From NCBI GenBank assembly GCA_964400475.1, contig CAYNTH010000001.1:819-64818 (forward strand): a stretch of 64,000 nt of DNA. Direction: 5' to 3'. Of the stretch, positions 56,379 to 64,000 are shown piece after piece (the first letter of the stretch is position 1; every line of letters starts with the position of its first letter). The notes below the pieces were generated by a model. The model was not told where the DNA came from, searched no databases, and saw only the letters and a list, made by a program, of their open reading frames with translations. Both the position numbers and the translations under genes were made by a program. The DNA is from an uncultured archaeon (GTDB taxonomy: Archaea > Aenigmatarchaeota > Aenigmatarchaeia > CG10238-14 > SCSR01).

Positions 56379-58445
56379 TTATGATATTACGATATCCCCA
56401 ATTTTAAAGCTGATGCATCTAAAATCACATTCTCTGATTCCTAGTTGGGTTGGTCTATCACATCCGTCCGATTTAAATTTAATTTTATTCACACCTTGTT
56501 CAATTGGTATTTCTTTATTGATCCATTCGGATTTTATCATATCCTCTAACACAAGTTTGTCATTTATGTAAATTTCCAGTCTTCTTGATTTGTTGAAAGA
56601 TTTAATATTAAAATTCAATTTATTCCAATCTTTCTGATCACTGTTAAAAATAGTTAATGATGATTTTTCAGTCATCCATTGATATTCGCCTATTTTTCCA
56701 TTATGGAATTCTGGAGAATACCATCCAGAATCAAAGCTGACATTCGTTGTCTCAAAAAACATCAATATGAAAATTAAAATTAACCCAGCACTCAATACTA
56801 TCTTACTTTTTCCATTTAACCTGATTTTTTTGAAAATTTCTTTTTTCCATATAGCAAGAATAATGATGGATATTGGTATAAGCGATATGAATGGAGTTTT
56901 AAGAGAAAGTATGCCGATAGATTTCAAAGTGAGAAGATTTATTTTTGTTTTCCCAATGACGGGCGGAGTTAATCCACATGAATGTGGTGTAAGTCGAATA
57001 TCTATTTTTTTATTCAATATTAAATTTTCGAAAAGGATACTTCTTGGTCCATTATATGAAAATAACGGTAAATAGTGATTTATTAATGGATTTGACAATA
57101 CTTCAAATGTTTTTAATTTATTTTCATATTCAGATGGATTCATCGATGATATGGCGTCTTCTCCGTATTGTAATAAGAGAAAATTAACAAAAATTGAAAT
57201 AACTAAAGGAATTATGAGTAATTTATAATTAATTTTTTTTATCAATTCTGCTAGGGGTATCATGAGAAATGGAATAGTTGGTAATAGATATCTCAAGCCA
57301 AACCCACTAAACGCCCCCCACCATATGAGAACTTGAAATGGAATGATGCATATGAACAGAATAAACAAAAATAATAATAGAACAGATTCAATTCTATATT
57401 TTTTATAGATATAGACTATTCCTATAATTGAAAAAATAAGAATTGGATAATAAAAAAATATACCTTTAGATGGAAAAATCAGTATTTGAAGAATTATTGG
57501 AATTGAAGTTGATTTTAATCTGATGAAATTCTGAACGGTCGATAAGATGCCACTATTCTGGTTTATATAAATTTTTTTCAAGTTCTGTGGAATGGATATG
57601 GTTTCTATATATTCCAATCTTCCAGCAAAATCCAATGGATTGGAAAATATTGAATAATTGTAAACAATCAGAGGTAATAATCCAATAGAGGTTCCAATTA
57701 CAAAAATATAGATATAGTCTTTTCTTATAGACATTGCATATAAAAGACATATAATTGAAATCAATAAGATGGAATACCCAACCACTATACCGAAACCTAA
57801 AAAAATCCCAGCCAAGAATGGTATTCTCTTTTGCAGTGGATTTTTCTTAAATTTAAAGAGTAGATAGAACGATAAGAATCCAAAAAAAGTTTCTACAGCG
57901 TGACCTGTAAAAACCAATGAATGCGGGAATGCCAGAGTACCCAATCCATATATAGACGCAAGTAAAATCCTCTGTAGTTCATTGTTTGTAAAATATTTCG
58001 AAATTTTATACAATAATAAAACGGTCAGTGCAGAAATTAATGAACTAGTAAACGTTGTGATCAAAAACATTGAAATAAGTTCAAAGCTGCCTGGATTAGG
58101 ATAATACGTGAAAGCGACATCATTTACATAATAAATCATTTCTTCTTTGAATGTATCTTGGGGTGTTTGCGGATTATAATAACGATGTACTATTTCCCAT
58201 AATTTATAAATAGGAGTAGCTAAGAAAGACATCCCAGGGGGTTTATCTGTATAGTAATGATTTTTATAGTAAGATCTATCACCCGTTTCATTATAAAAAG
58301 AATCTATATTGAGTGTGTTTTCTTCGATTATGGATTTTGTCAAAGCAAATCTACTAAATTCGTTCCAAGATATCCATTGTGAAAAAAAAGAAAATATCAA
58401 AAAAAAGGTTAAAAATATTTTTATATCTTTGGAAATTTTAACCAT
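56379..58445 (-). CDS. Large polytopic membrane glycosyltransferase, GT-C fold (ArnT/PMT_2-like), with a C-terminal beta-rich extracytoplasmic domain
   Basis: The first loop DRSYYKNHYYTDKPPGMSFLATPIY resembles the y.eKPPl motif of ArnT/PMT_2 enzymes. About 13 or more hydrophobic segments. The C-terminal ~130 aa are soluble (GWYSPEFHNGKIGEYQWMTEKSSLTIFN...). Confidence 0.6.
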   Translation of the reverse strand: MVKISKDIKIFLTFFLIFSFFSQWISWNEFSRFALTKSIIEENTLNIDSFYNETGDRSYYKNHYYTDKPPGMSFLATPIYKLWEIVHRYYNPQTPQDTFKEEMIYYVNDVAFTYYPNPGSFELISMFLITTFTSSLISALTVLLLYKISKYFTNNELQRILLASIYGLGTLAFPHSLVFTGHAVETFFGFLSFYLLFKFKKNPLQKRIPFLAGIFLGFGIVVGYSILLISIICLLYAMSIRKDYIYIFVIGTSIGLLPLIVYNYSIFSNPLDFAGRLEYIETISIPQNLKKIYINQNSGILSTVQNFIRLKSTSIPIILQILIFPSKGIFFYYPILIFSIIGIVYIYKKYRIESVLLLFLFILFICIIPFQVLIWWGAFSGFGLRYLLPTIPFLMIPLAELIKKINYKLLIIPLVISIFVNFLLLQYGEDAISSMNPSEYENKLKTFEVLSNPLINHYLPLFSYNGPRSILFENLILNKKIDIRLTPHSCGLTPPVIGKTKINLLTLKSIGILSLKTPFISLIPISIIILAIWKKEIFKKIRLNGKSKIVLSAGLILIFILMFFETTNVSFDSGWYSPEFHNGKIGEYQWMTEKSSLTIFNSDQKDWNKLNFNIKSFNKSRRLEIYINDKLVLEDMIKSEWINKEIPIEQGVNKIKFKSDGCDRPTQLGIRECDFRCISFKIGDIVIS

Positions 58446-58598
58446 AGTATCAATTAGTATTTGTTATTGAAGATGAATAAAAGATTTTATGCATTGTTTC
58501 TAGTGGTCGTTCGCGAAGAAGTTCAGCCCCTTTTTTATTTAGAGTCTGGATAACAGTTGATAAATAATATTAATTAATAGTAAATATAACTTATTATT

Positions 58599-59861
58599 AT
58601 GGAACAAAATTTATTACAAAGCCCGTTAATCAGGGAGAAAGAAGCTTCAATTTGCCCCAGATGTGGTGAAATTGTTTCTATAAAAAAAGAGTTGAATGGG
58701 GGGTTTTTGTATGTTACAAGAGACTGTCCTAATTGTAATTTAAAGAAGGAACTTGTATGCAAAAAAGACGATATTACTGATAATTATTTCTGGAACAGCC
58801 CAACGTCTAATCTCATAAGAGAGGAAAATTATTTAAATAATATCAGAGTTTTTGACGTTCTTGTCACGCGAAAATGTAATTCCAATTGTAATGTATGTTT
58901 TGAAAAATGGTGTGGGGATAAATATGAAGAAATGAGTATATCGAATCTTGAAGAATTGTCGAAGTCTGTCAAAAATTCTAAGATAGTATTGAATGGGGGT
59001 GAGCCCACCGTAAGAGAGGATTTGGTAGAGATGATAGAGATTATTAAAAATAGTGGGAATATCCCACTATTATATACAAATGGTTTGAAACTATCAAACC
59101 GAAGTTATCTTAAAAAATTAAAGGAAAGCGGACTTAATGAAGTTTCGATATCATTCGATGGGTTCGATGGCAATATTTATGAAACAATTCGTGGAGGTAA
59201 AGAACAATATTCTGAAACTGTTAAAGCTCTTGATAATCTTGAGAAGGAGAAAATAAAGGTCTCCTTATATTCTACGATTGTTAAAAATCTTAACGAGAAA
59301 CAGATTCATAACATTATAGATTTTGCCAATTCACATAGTTTTGTATGGACGGTTTCTTTTAAGCCATTGTATTTACCTGGTGTTAATCCCTCGGCCGGGT
59401 TCGATAAAAATCATGTGATGTCTTATTCCGAAATATTGAATTTGATTAGTCAAGATATTGATGGATTAAATTATGAATATATATGTTTAACCCAGAGTAT
59501 TTTTTCATCTTTACAAGAGATATTTGCTGAGAAAAAAAATCCAGTTTACCTTTCGTGGGTCGATTTACCATGTATCTATGTGAAAAGGGGAGATAGTGGC
59601 CCTCAACTACTTTTTTCCCACGAAACTCTGAGGAAAATAAATAGCATCTTGAATACAGAAAGTGCTAGATCCTCAATAAAATTAATTTCTAAAATAATGC
59701 CATTTGGTTTGGATTCTTTGGAATCACTTATACAAGAAAGAAAAGTTTTCAGAATTCTGTTAGGAGGTATAATGCCTCAAATTTCATTATACAAGCCTCC
59801 AATAGCTATGGTATGTCAAAAGAATAACGAGTTATCTCTTTATTCTTATTTGGCATGGTAG
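58599..59861 (+). CDS. Radical SAM protein with N-terminal zinc-ribbon, tandem family member 1 (tentatively Tes/GDGT-MAS-like)
   Basis: ICPRCGE...DCPNCN (CxxC...CxxC), then VTRKCNSNCNVCFE (CX3CX2C), NGGEPTVREDL, YTNGLKL, SFDGFDGNIYETIRG. Confidence 0.75.
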   Translation: MEQNLLQSPLIREKEASICPRCGEIVSIKKELNGGFLYVTRDCPNCNLKKELVCKKDDITDNYFWNSPTSNLIREENYLNNIRVFDVLVTRKCNSNCNVCFEKWCGDKYEEMSISNLEELSKSVKNSKIVLNGGEPTVREDLVEMIEIIKNSGNIPLLYTNGLKLSNRSYLKKLKESGLNEVSISFDGFDGNIYETIRGGKEQYSETVKALDNLEKEKIKVSLYSTIVKNLNEKQIHNIIDFANSHSFVWTVSFKPLYLPGVNPSAGFDKNHVMSYSEILNLISQDIDGLNYEYICLTQSIFSSLQEIFAEKKNPVYLSWVDLPCIYVKRGDSGPQLLFSHETLRKINSILNTESARSSIKLISKIMPFGLDSLESLIQERKVFRILLGGIMPQISLYKPPIAMVCQKNNELSLYSYLAW

Positions 59862-59923
59862 TTATTTTATTGGACAATTGATTTAGTTAAATCTATATCT
59901 AATATTCTATATAATAGGAGATA

Positions 59924-61309
59924 GTGGTAATTTTGTCTAAAAGTTATCGGCATTTAAACAATATTAAAAGTGTATGCCCACAATGTTTGAAAATCATTGA
60001 AGCGGATGTTATCGAAAAAGATGGAAAAGTCATAATATCAAAGGTATGTCCAGAGCACGGAAAATTCGAATGTCTGCACATCTGGGATGATCCTTGGTGT
60101 TATGAAAAAATAAATAAACTATTTGAAAATGAACGAACCTACCCAAATGGTATACTCATAGATTTAACTTTAAGATGCAATATGAACTGCCCCTTTTGCT
60201 TTTCGTCAGACACCGATAATCAAAATTTAGATTTCAAGGAGCCGACCATCGACGATATCATAGATGATGTAAATAAATTTAAAAAAATTGTACCGTTTTC
60301 CACTGTATTTCTTTTTGGTGGTGAACCAACTATGAGGGATGATATTTTTGAAATAATATCGAGGTTAAAGGAATTAGTTCCTGATGTCTGTCTTTTTACC
60401 AATGGACTGAAATTGTCGGATGAAGATTATGTTCACAAACTTAAGAATTCTGGTATTGATTATGTTGTTTTACAATTAGATTCTTTGGATGTTGAAAAAA
60501 ATGAAAAAATTCGCGGAGAAAATTTTTTAGATGAGAAGCTGTCGGCCGTATCTAATTTAGATAAATATGATATCTCAGTCGATTTATTTACAGTGATAAT
60601 GAAAGATATCAATGAGGACGACATTGGTGGAATAATATTATTCGCATCAAAAAATTCTAAAATTATTAATAATATTTATTTATCCACTATAACTCATGAG
60701 GGAAGAGGTGAGAATACTAATATTTTTAAACAAGTTACGAATGCAGAAAGGCTCGGGATAATTGAACATAAGTTTGGAATAAAGAAAGATGATTTCTTAG
60801 AATCAACGGTATTTGATCATTATTTGTCGAGATTTTTCAGTAAACTAACAGGAACACATTGTAAACATCTTGCGGTATGTGACATGATGTGTTATATGTA
60901 CTCTTTAGACGATGATATTGTAGTTTCTTTAAACCAGTTACTTAATTTAAAAAATATCACTTCGTTTCTAGAGGAATCTATAGAAATTTTGGACAGTAAA
61001 AAATCTTTTAAACGTTTTAGAATTTTATATAATTTTCTAAAAACAATATCATGTAATGAAATGTTCATTGATATGAATATCGTTCCCAGTTTTCTATTAT
61101 CGAGCATACATTCCTTGGGACCTTTATTGAGAAACAAACCAATCAAAAATAATTTTAACAACATTTTTAGACTTATTGTGACTCAATTTCAAGACAGGTA
61201 TAATATAGATTTTGACACATTTAGGAATTGTAATTTATGGGCAAAATTACCCAATGGTGAGATTAATTCTTTTTGTAAAAAGAATATACTCTGTAGATAT
61301 ACAAAATGA
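59924..61309 (+). CDS. Radical SAM protein with N-terminal zinc-ribbon, tandem family member 2 (tentatively Tes/GDGT-MAS-like)
   Basis: VCPQCLKIIEADVIEKDGKVIISKVCPEHGKFECLHIWDDP, LTLRCNMNCPFCFS, FGGEPTMRDD, FTNGLKL, QDRYNIDFDTFRNCNLWAKLPNGEINSFCKKN. Confidence 0.8.
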   Translation: MVILSKSYRHLNNIKSVCPQCLKIIEADVIEKDGKVIISKVCPEHGKFECLHIWDDPWCYEKINKLFENERTYPNGILIDLTLRCNMNCPFCFSSDTDNQNLDFKEPTIDDIIDDVNKFKKIVPFSTVFLFGGEPTMRDDIFEIISRLKELVPDVCLFTNGLKLSDEDYVHKLKNSGIDYVVLQLDSLDVEKNEKIRGENFLDEKLSAVSNLDKYDISVDLFTVIMKDINEDDIGGIILFASKNSKIINNIYLSTITHEGRGENTNIFKQVTNAERLGIIEHKFGIKKDDFLESTVFDHYLSRFFSKLTGTHCKHLAVCDMMCYMYSLDDDIVVSLNQLLNLKNITSFLEESIEILDSKKSFKRFRILYNFLKTISCNEMFIDMNIVPSFLLSSIHSLGPLLRNKPIKNNFNNIFRLIVTQFQDRYNIDFDTFRNCNLWAKLPNGEINSFCKKNILCRYTK

Positions 61310-61344
61310 GAACGCCTTTATATCTAAAAAATAAGTTTTAGAAT

Positions 61345-62712
61345 ATGCCTATTGAGGTGCTTAATAGTACAATTAGTTTATGTCCGTCGTGTTTAGATAG
61401 AATTAATGCTAAAGTTATCGAAAAAGATGGAAAAGTCATAATATCAAAGGTATGTCCAGAGCACGGAAAATTCGAATGTCTGCATGCATGGGACGACCCC
61501 CGGCTTTATAGAGCATTTTATGAAATTTCTAAAGAAAAACAAACTTTTATCAAAGATACTACATTGGACATAACATCTAGATGCAATATGAACTGCCCCT
61601 TTTGCTTTTCCACTACAAAAAATAAATCATATGAACCGAATTTCGAAGAAATAATTAGAAGGGCGAATTTATGGAAAGATGGTAATATTCTGTTATATGG
61701 TGGTGAGCCTACACTTAGAGAAGATATTTTTGAAATAATTAAAAAAATAAAAAATAATGGGTCAGATGTACATATACTGACGAATGGTTTAAATCTTAGT
61801 AAAGAATATGTGGAAGAATTAGATAACGTTGGACTCGATAGAGTTCAACTTCAATTTGATTCATTTGATGATCAGGTAAATATTGAATTGAGGAATGAAA
61901 AAATTGTAAATCGTAAATTACGAGCAATTAGCAATTTGAAAGATACCGACATTGACTTAACTCTATTTGTTGTATTAGTCAAGAATTATAATGATGATGA
62001 ATTGGATAAAATTATTTCCTTTACTGCAAAAAATTCCAACAAAATTGTAACACTGATATTTACTCCCGTTTCTCCTGAGGGCTCTTACAACAATTTTAAA
62101 GCAGAGCATATGACAAATGATGTAATTTTCGAAAGGATTGAAGAAAAATTTGATATAAATAAAGAAGATTTTATAACTTGTACAAGATTTGATGTATCTT
62201 TGTCCAATTTCTTATACGAAATATTTGGGATCAAAAGAAGGAGCGTTGCACCATGCGAGGCACTTTGTTACATACTTGTTAAAAATCACAGAGTGTTGCC
62301 TTTAAATCGTTTAATCGAATTGGATAAATTTTCAGAAATTTTTGACAACATATGTCGGATGGATAATCGGAGTCGATTGATAAAACCATTCAGCTTTCTC
62401 TTTAAATGTATTGAAAAAAGAGTCAAAATATCCCCATCGTCTATCGGATTTTTATTTACATCATTATTGTCTATATTTATTTCCAAAATTTTTGGAAAAG
62501 CTGTTAAAAAGAATTTCACAAATACTTTTGGATTAATAATCAATCCATCCCAAGACAGGTATAATATAGATTATAATTTTATCAAGAAATGTAATTTATA
62601 CAGTGACTGTGATAATGACGAATTCACGACTTTTTGTGAAAAAAACATATTTTCTACTGGATATAAGCCTCTAGAATTATTGGATAAAAATAAAATTTTA
62701 AATCATATGTGA
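61345..62712 (+). CDS. Radical SAM protein with N-terminal zinc-ribbon, tandem family member 3 (tentatively Tes/GDGT-MAS-like)
   Basis: LCPSCLDRINAKVIEKDGKVIISKVCPEHGKFECLHAWDDP, ITSRCNMNCPFCFS, YGGEPTLRED, LTNGLNL, QDRYNIDYNFIKKCNLYSDCDNDEFTTFCEKN. Confidence 0.8.
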   Translation: MPIEVLNSTISLCPSCLDRINAKVIEKDGKVIISKVCPEHGKFECLHAWDDPRLYRAFYEISKEKQTFIKDTTLDITSRCNMNCPFCFSTTKNKSYEPNFEEIIRRANLWKDGNILLYGGEPTLREDIFEIIKKIKNNGSDVHILTNGLNLSKEYVEELDNVGLDRVQLQFDSFDDQVNIELRNEKIVNRKLRAISNLKDTDIDLTLFVVLVKNYNDDELDKIISFTAKNSNKIVTLIFTPVSPEGSYNNFKAEHMTNDVIFERIEEKFDINKEDFITCTRFDVSLSNFLYEIFGIKRRSVAPCEALCYILVKNHRVLPLNRLIELDKFSEIFDNICRMDNRSRLIKPFSFLFKCIEKRVKISPSSIGFLFTSLLSIFISKIFGKAVKKNFTNTFGLIINPSQDRYNIDYNFIKKCNLYSDCDNDEFTTFCEKNIFSTGYKPLELLDKNKILNHM

Positions 62713-62717
62713 TTTCT

Positions 62718-64000
62718 ATGAATATCATTGGAAAAACGACGAGCCTTTGTCCAAAGTGTTTTAAAAAAATAGACGCAGACATTATCGAAAAGAATGGCGT
62801 TTCGATTCTTCGTAAGGAATGTGAAAAACATGGAATTTTTGAACATCCTCATTTTTGGGACGATCCAGAAATGTATTTGTATATGTCAAAACTTTTTAGG
62901 AACATAACTGTAGAACCAGATGAGTATGGGTTTGAATTAACAACAAGATGTAATATGCATTGTCCATTCTGTTTCACAAGTGCAGATAATACTGGCGATG
63001 AGTGGAAAAAAATTGAAATGAGTAAAAAGGAGATACTCAGAACAATTAAAGGGATGAAAGATAAGACCATCTCTTTTACTGGGGGTGAGCCCACCGTAAG
63101 AGAGGATTTGGTAGAGATTTTGAATGATGTTAATAAATGTGGGTTGAGAACAGCTGTTTTAACAAATGGATTAAATTTGAATAAAAGATATATTGGACAA
63201 CTTAAAGACGCGGGAGTAGATAAGATTCAGCTTCAATTTGACTCCTTAAATGACAATGATTACCAAAAAATTAGAGGTCAAAAATGCTTAGATTCTAAAC
63301 TTGACGCAATTTCTAATTTGAGGAAATCCAATATTCATGTTAATATTTTCTCAATGCTTGCAAAAGATGTAAATGATGATCAGGTTGGTGATATAATAGA
63401 TTTTGTTATTGAACATTCAGACGTTATAAGAGCTGTTATGTTTTCTTCTTTATGTTATGAAGGAAGATATAACGAAAAATTGGAAAAAATGTCAACATCT
63501 GATATAATCGAAACTATTGAAAATCAAACTGAAATAAAGAAGAAAGATTTCATGGAATGTACCCGATTCGATGTACTGTTTTCCAATACAATCGGTCATG
63601 TCTTAAGAACCAAGAGTATTTCTCCTTGTGATACAATTTGTTATCTATACGTTGATTCGTCTAACCAACAAATTCCGATTAATCGGATAATAAATCTACA
63701 CGAGATTTCTGATATTTTTGAAAAAAATATTGAGAATAATTTAAAAATATTATTGGCACTGTTGAACCCGATGAATCTTAGAAAGATTATTAAGAATAAA
63801 AAATCAATACACCATTTACTTATGATTTCATTTAGTATTGTTAAAAATTTAGTAGGTCGTTTATTCGGAAAATCATATCATTTAGAGAATATAGTTGGCG
63901 TACTGGTAACATCGTTTCATAACAGATACAATGTTGATTTAGAATTTTTAAGGAACTGTACGATCAGAGTATATGATGGCAATAAATTCATTTCTTTTTG
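62718..64000 (+). CDS. Radical SAM protein with N-terminal zinc-ribbon, tandem family member 4; partial (runs off the window end)
   Basis: Not in the track because there is no stop in the window. Manual translation from ATG 62718 gives MNIIGKTTSLCPKCFKKIDADIIEKNGVSILRKECEKHGIFEHPHFWDDP, LTTRCNMHCPFCFT, TGGEPTVREDL, LTNGLNL and HNRYNVDLEFLRNC. The frame stays open to 64000. Confidence 0.8.
   Translation, partial: MNIIGKTTSLCPKCFKKIDADIIEKNGVSILRKECEKHGIFEHPHFWDDPEMYLYMSKLFRNITVEPDEYGFELTTRCNMHCPFCFTSADNTGDEWKKIEMSKKEILRTIKGMKDKTISFTGGEPTVREDLVEILNDVNKCGLRTAVLTNGLNLNKRYIGQLKDAGVDKIQLQFDSLNDNDYQKIRGQKCLDSKLDAISNLRKSNIHVNIFSMLAKDVNDDQVGDIIDFVIEHSDVIRAVMFSSLCYEGRYNEKLEKMSTSDIIETIENQTEIKKKDFMECTRFDVLFSNTIGHVLRTKSISPCDTICYLYVDSSNQQIPINRIINLHEISDIFEKNIENNLKILLALLNPMNLRKIIKNKKSIHHLLMISFSIVKNLVGRLFGKSYHLENIVGVLVTSFHNRYNVDLEFLRNCTIRVYDGNKFISF

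Noticed and set aside
58446-58598. A relatively GC-rich patch (gtggtcgttcgcgaagaagttcagcccc followed by a T-run) in the divergent spacer upstream of the zinc-ribbon rSAM genes, considered as a small RNA or terminator hairpin.
   Set aside because: I could not find a convincing stem-loop or tRNA-like structure by eye. It is more likely ordinary promoter or spacer sequence.
12168-63118. Perfect repeats of 30-159 bp scattered over the window, considered as CRISPR repeats, MITEs or IS remnants.
   Set aside because: Every copy lies in frame inside homologous positions of paralogous genes. There is no regular spacer architecture, no terminal inverted repeats and no transposase. Gene conversion among paralogs explains them better.
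1-64000. Searched for rRNA, tRNA, CRISPR arrays, integrases or transposases, and toxin-antitoxin or known defence-system genes.
   Set aside because: I could not recognise any. The window is almost fully occupied by the biosynthetic and membrane genes listed, and the few intergenic gaps are short and AT-rich.

Overview
This is an AT-rich, almost fully coding window. Gene content and AT-rich TATA-like upstream boxes suggest an archaeon, possibly a DPANN-like or other small-genome lineage. That assignment is inferred, not tested. The window holds a cell-surface polymer island with an extreme number of radical SAM (rSAM) genes. At the left edge, a small wHTH gene (3382-3612) sits directly upstream of a very large cysteine-rich secreted protein (1-3380, minus strand). 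The ORF track misses this protein because it has no stop codon in the window. Next comes an ABC-transporter-type glycan export set: a Wzm-like permease, a Wzt/TagH-like ATPase with a C-terminal extension, a long coiled-coil protein, a GT2 and a GT-C. From 10.7 to 52.4 kb there are 27 intact tandem paralogs of a ~350-390 aa rSAM enzyme. Each has CxxxCxxC, GGGEP and (S/I)DG..ETHDYLRG motifs and a C-terminal SPASM/Twitch-type Cys motif. They lie in alternating-strand blocks, interleaved with two B12-binding-type rSAMs, two paralogous DUF2079-like membrane proteins, two aldo/keto-reductase-ferredoxin fusions, an SGNH hydrolase, a 53-aa membrane ORF absent from the track, and small coiled-coil or Cys-repeat proteins. 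The right end carries two GT4 genes, a GH-like protein, a large GT-C and four tandem zinc-ribbon rSAMs that are tentatively Tes/GDGT-MAS-like; the last one is cut by the window edge. That makes 33 rSAM genes in 64 kb. Otherwise divergent paralogs share perfect nucleotide-identity tracts of 30-159 bp, a mosaic or gene-conversion signature. I saw no rRNA, tRNA, CRISPR array, transposase or obvious RiPP precursor gene.
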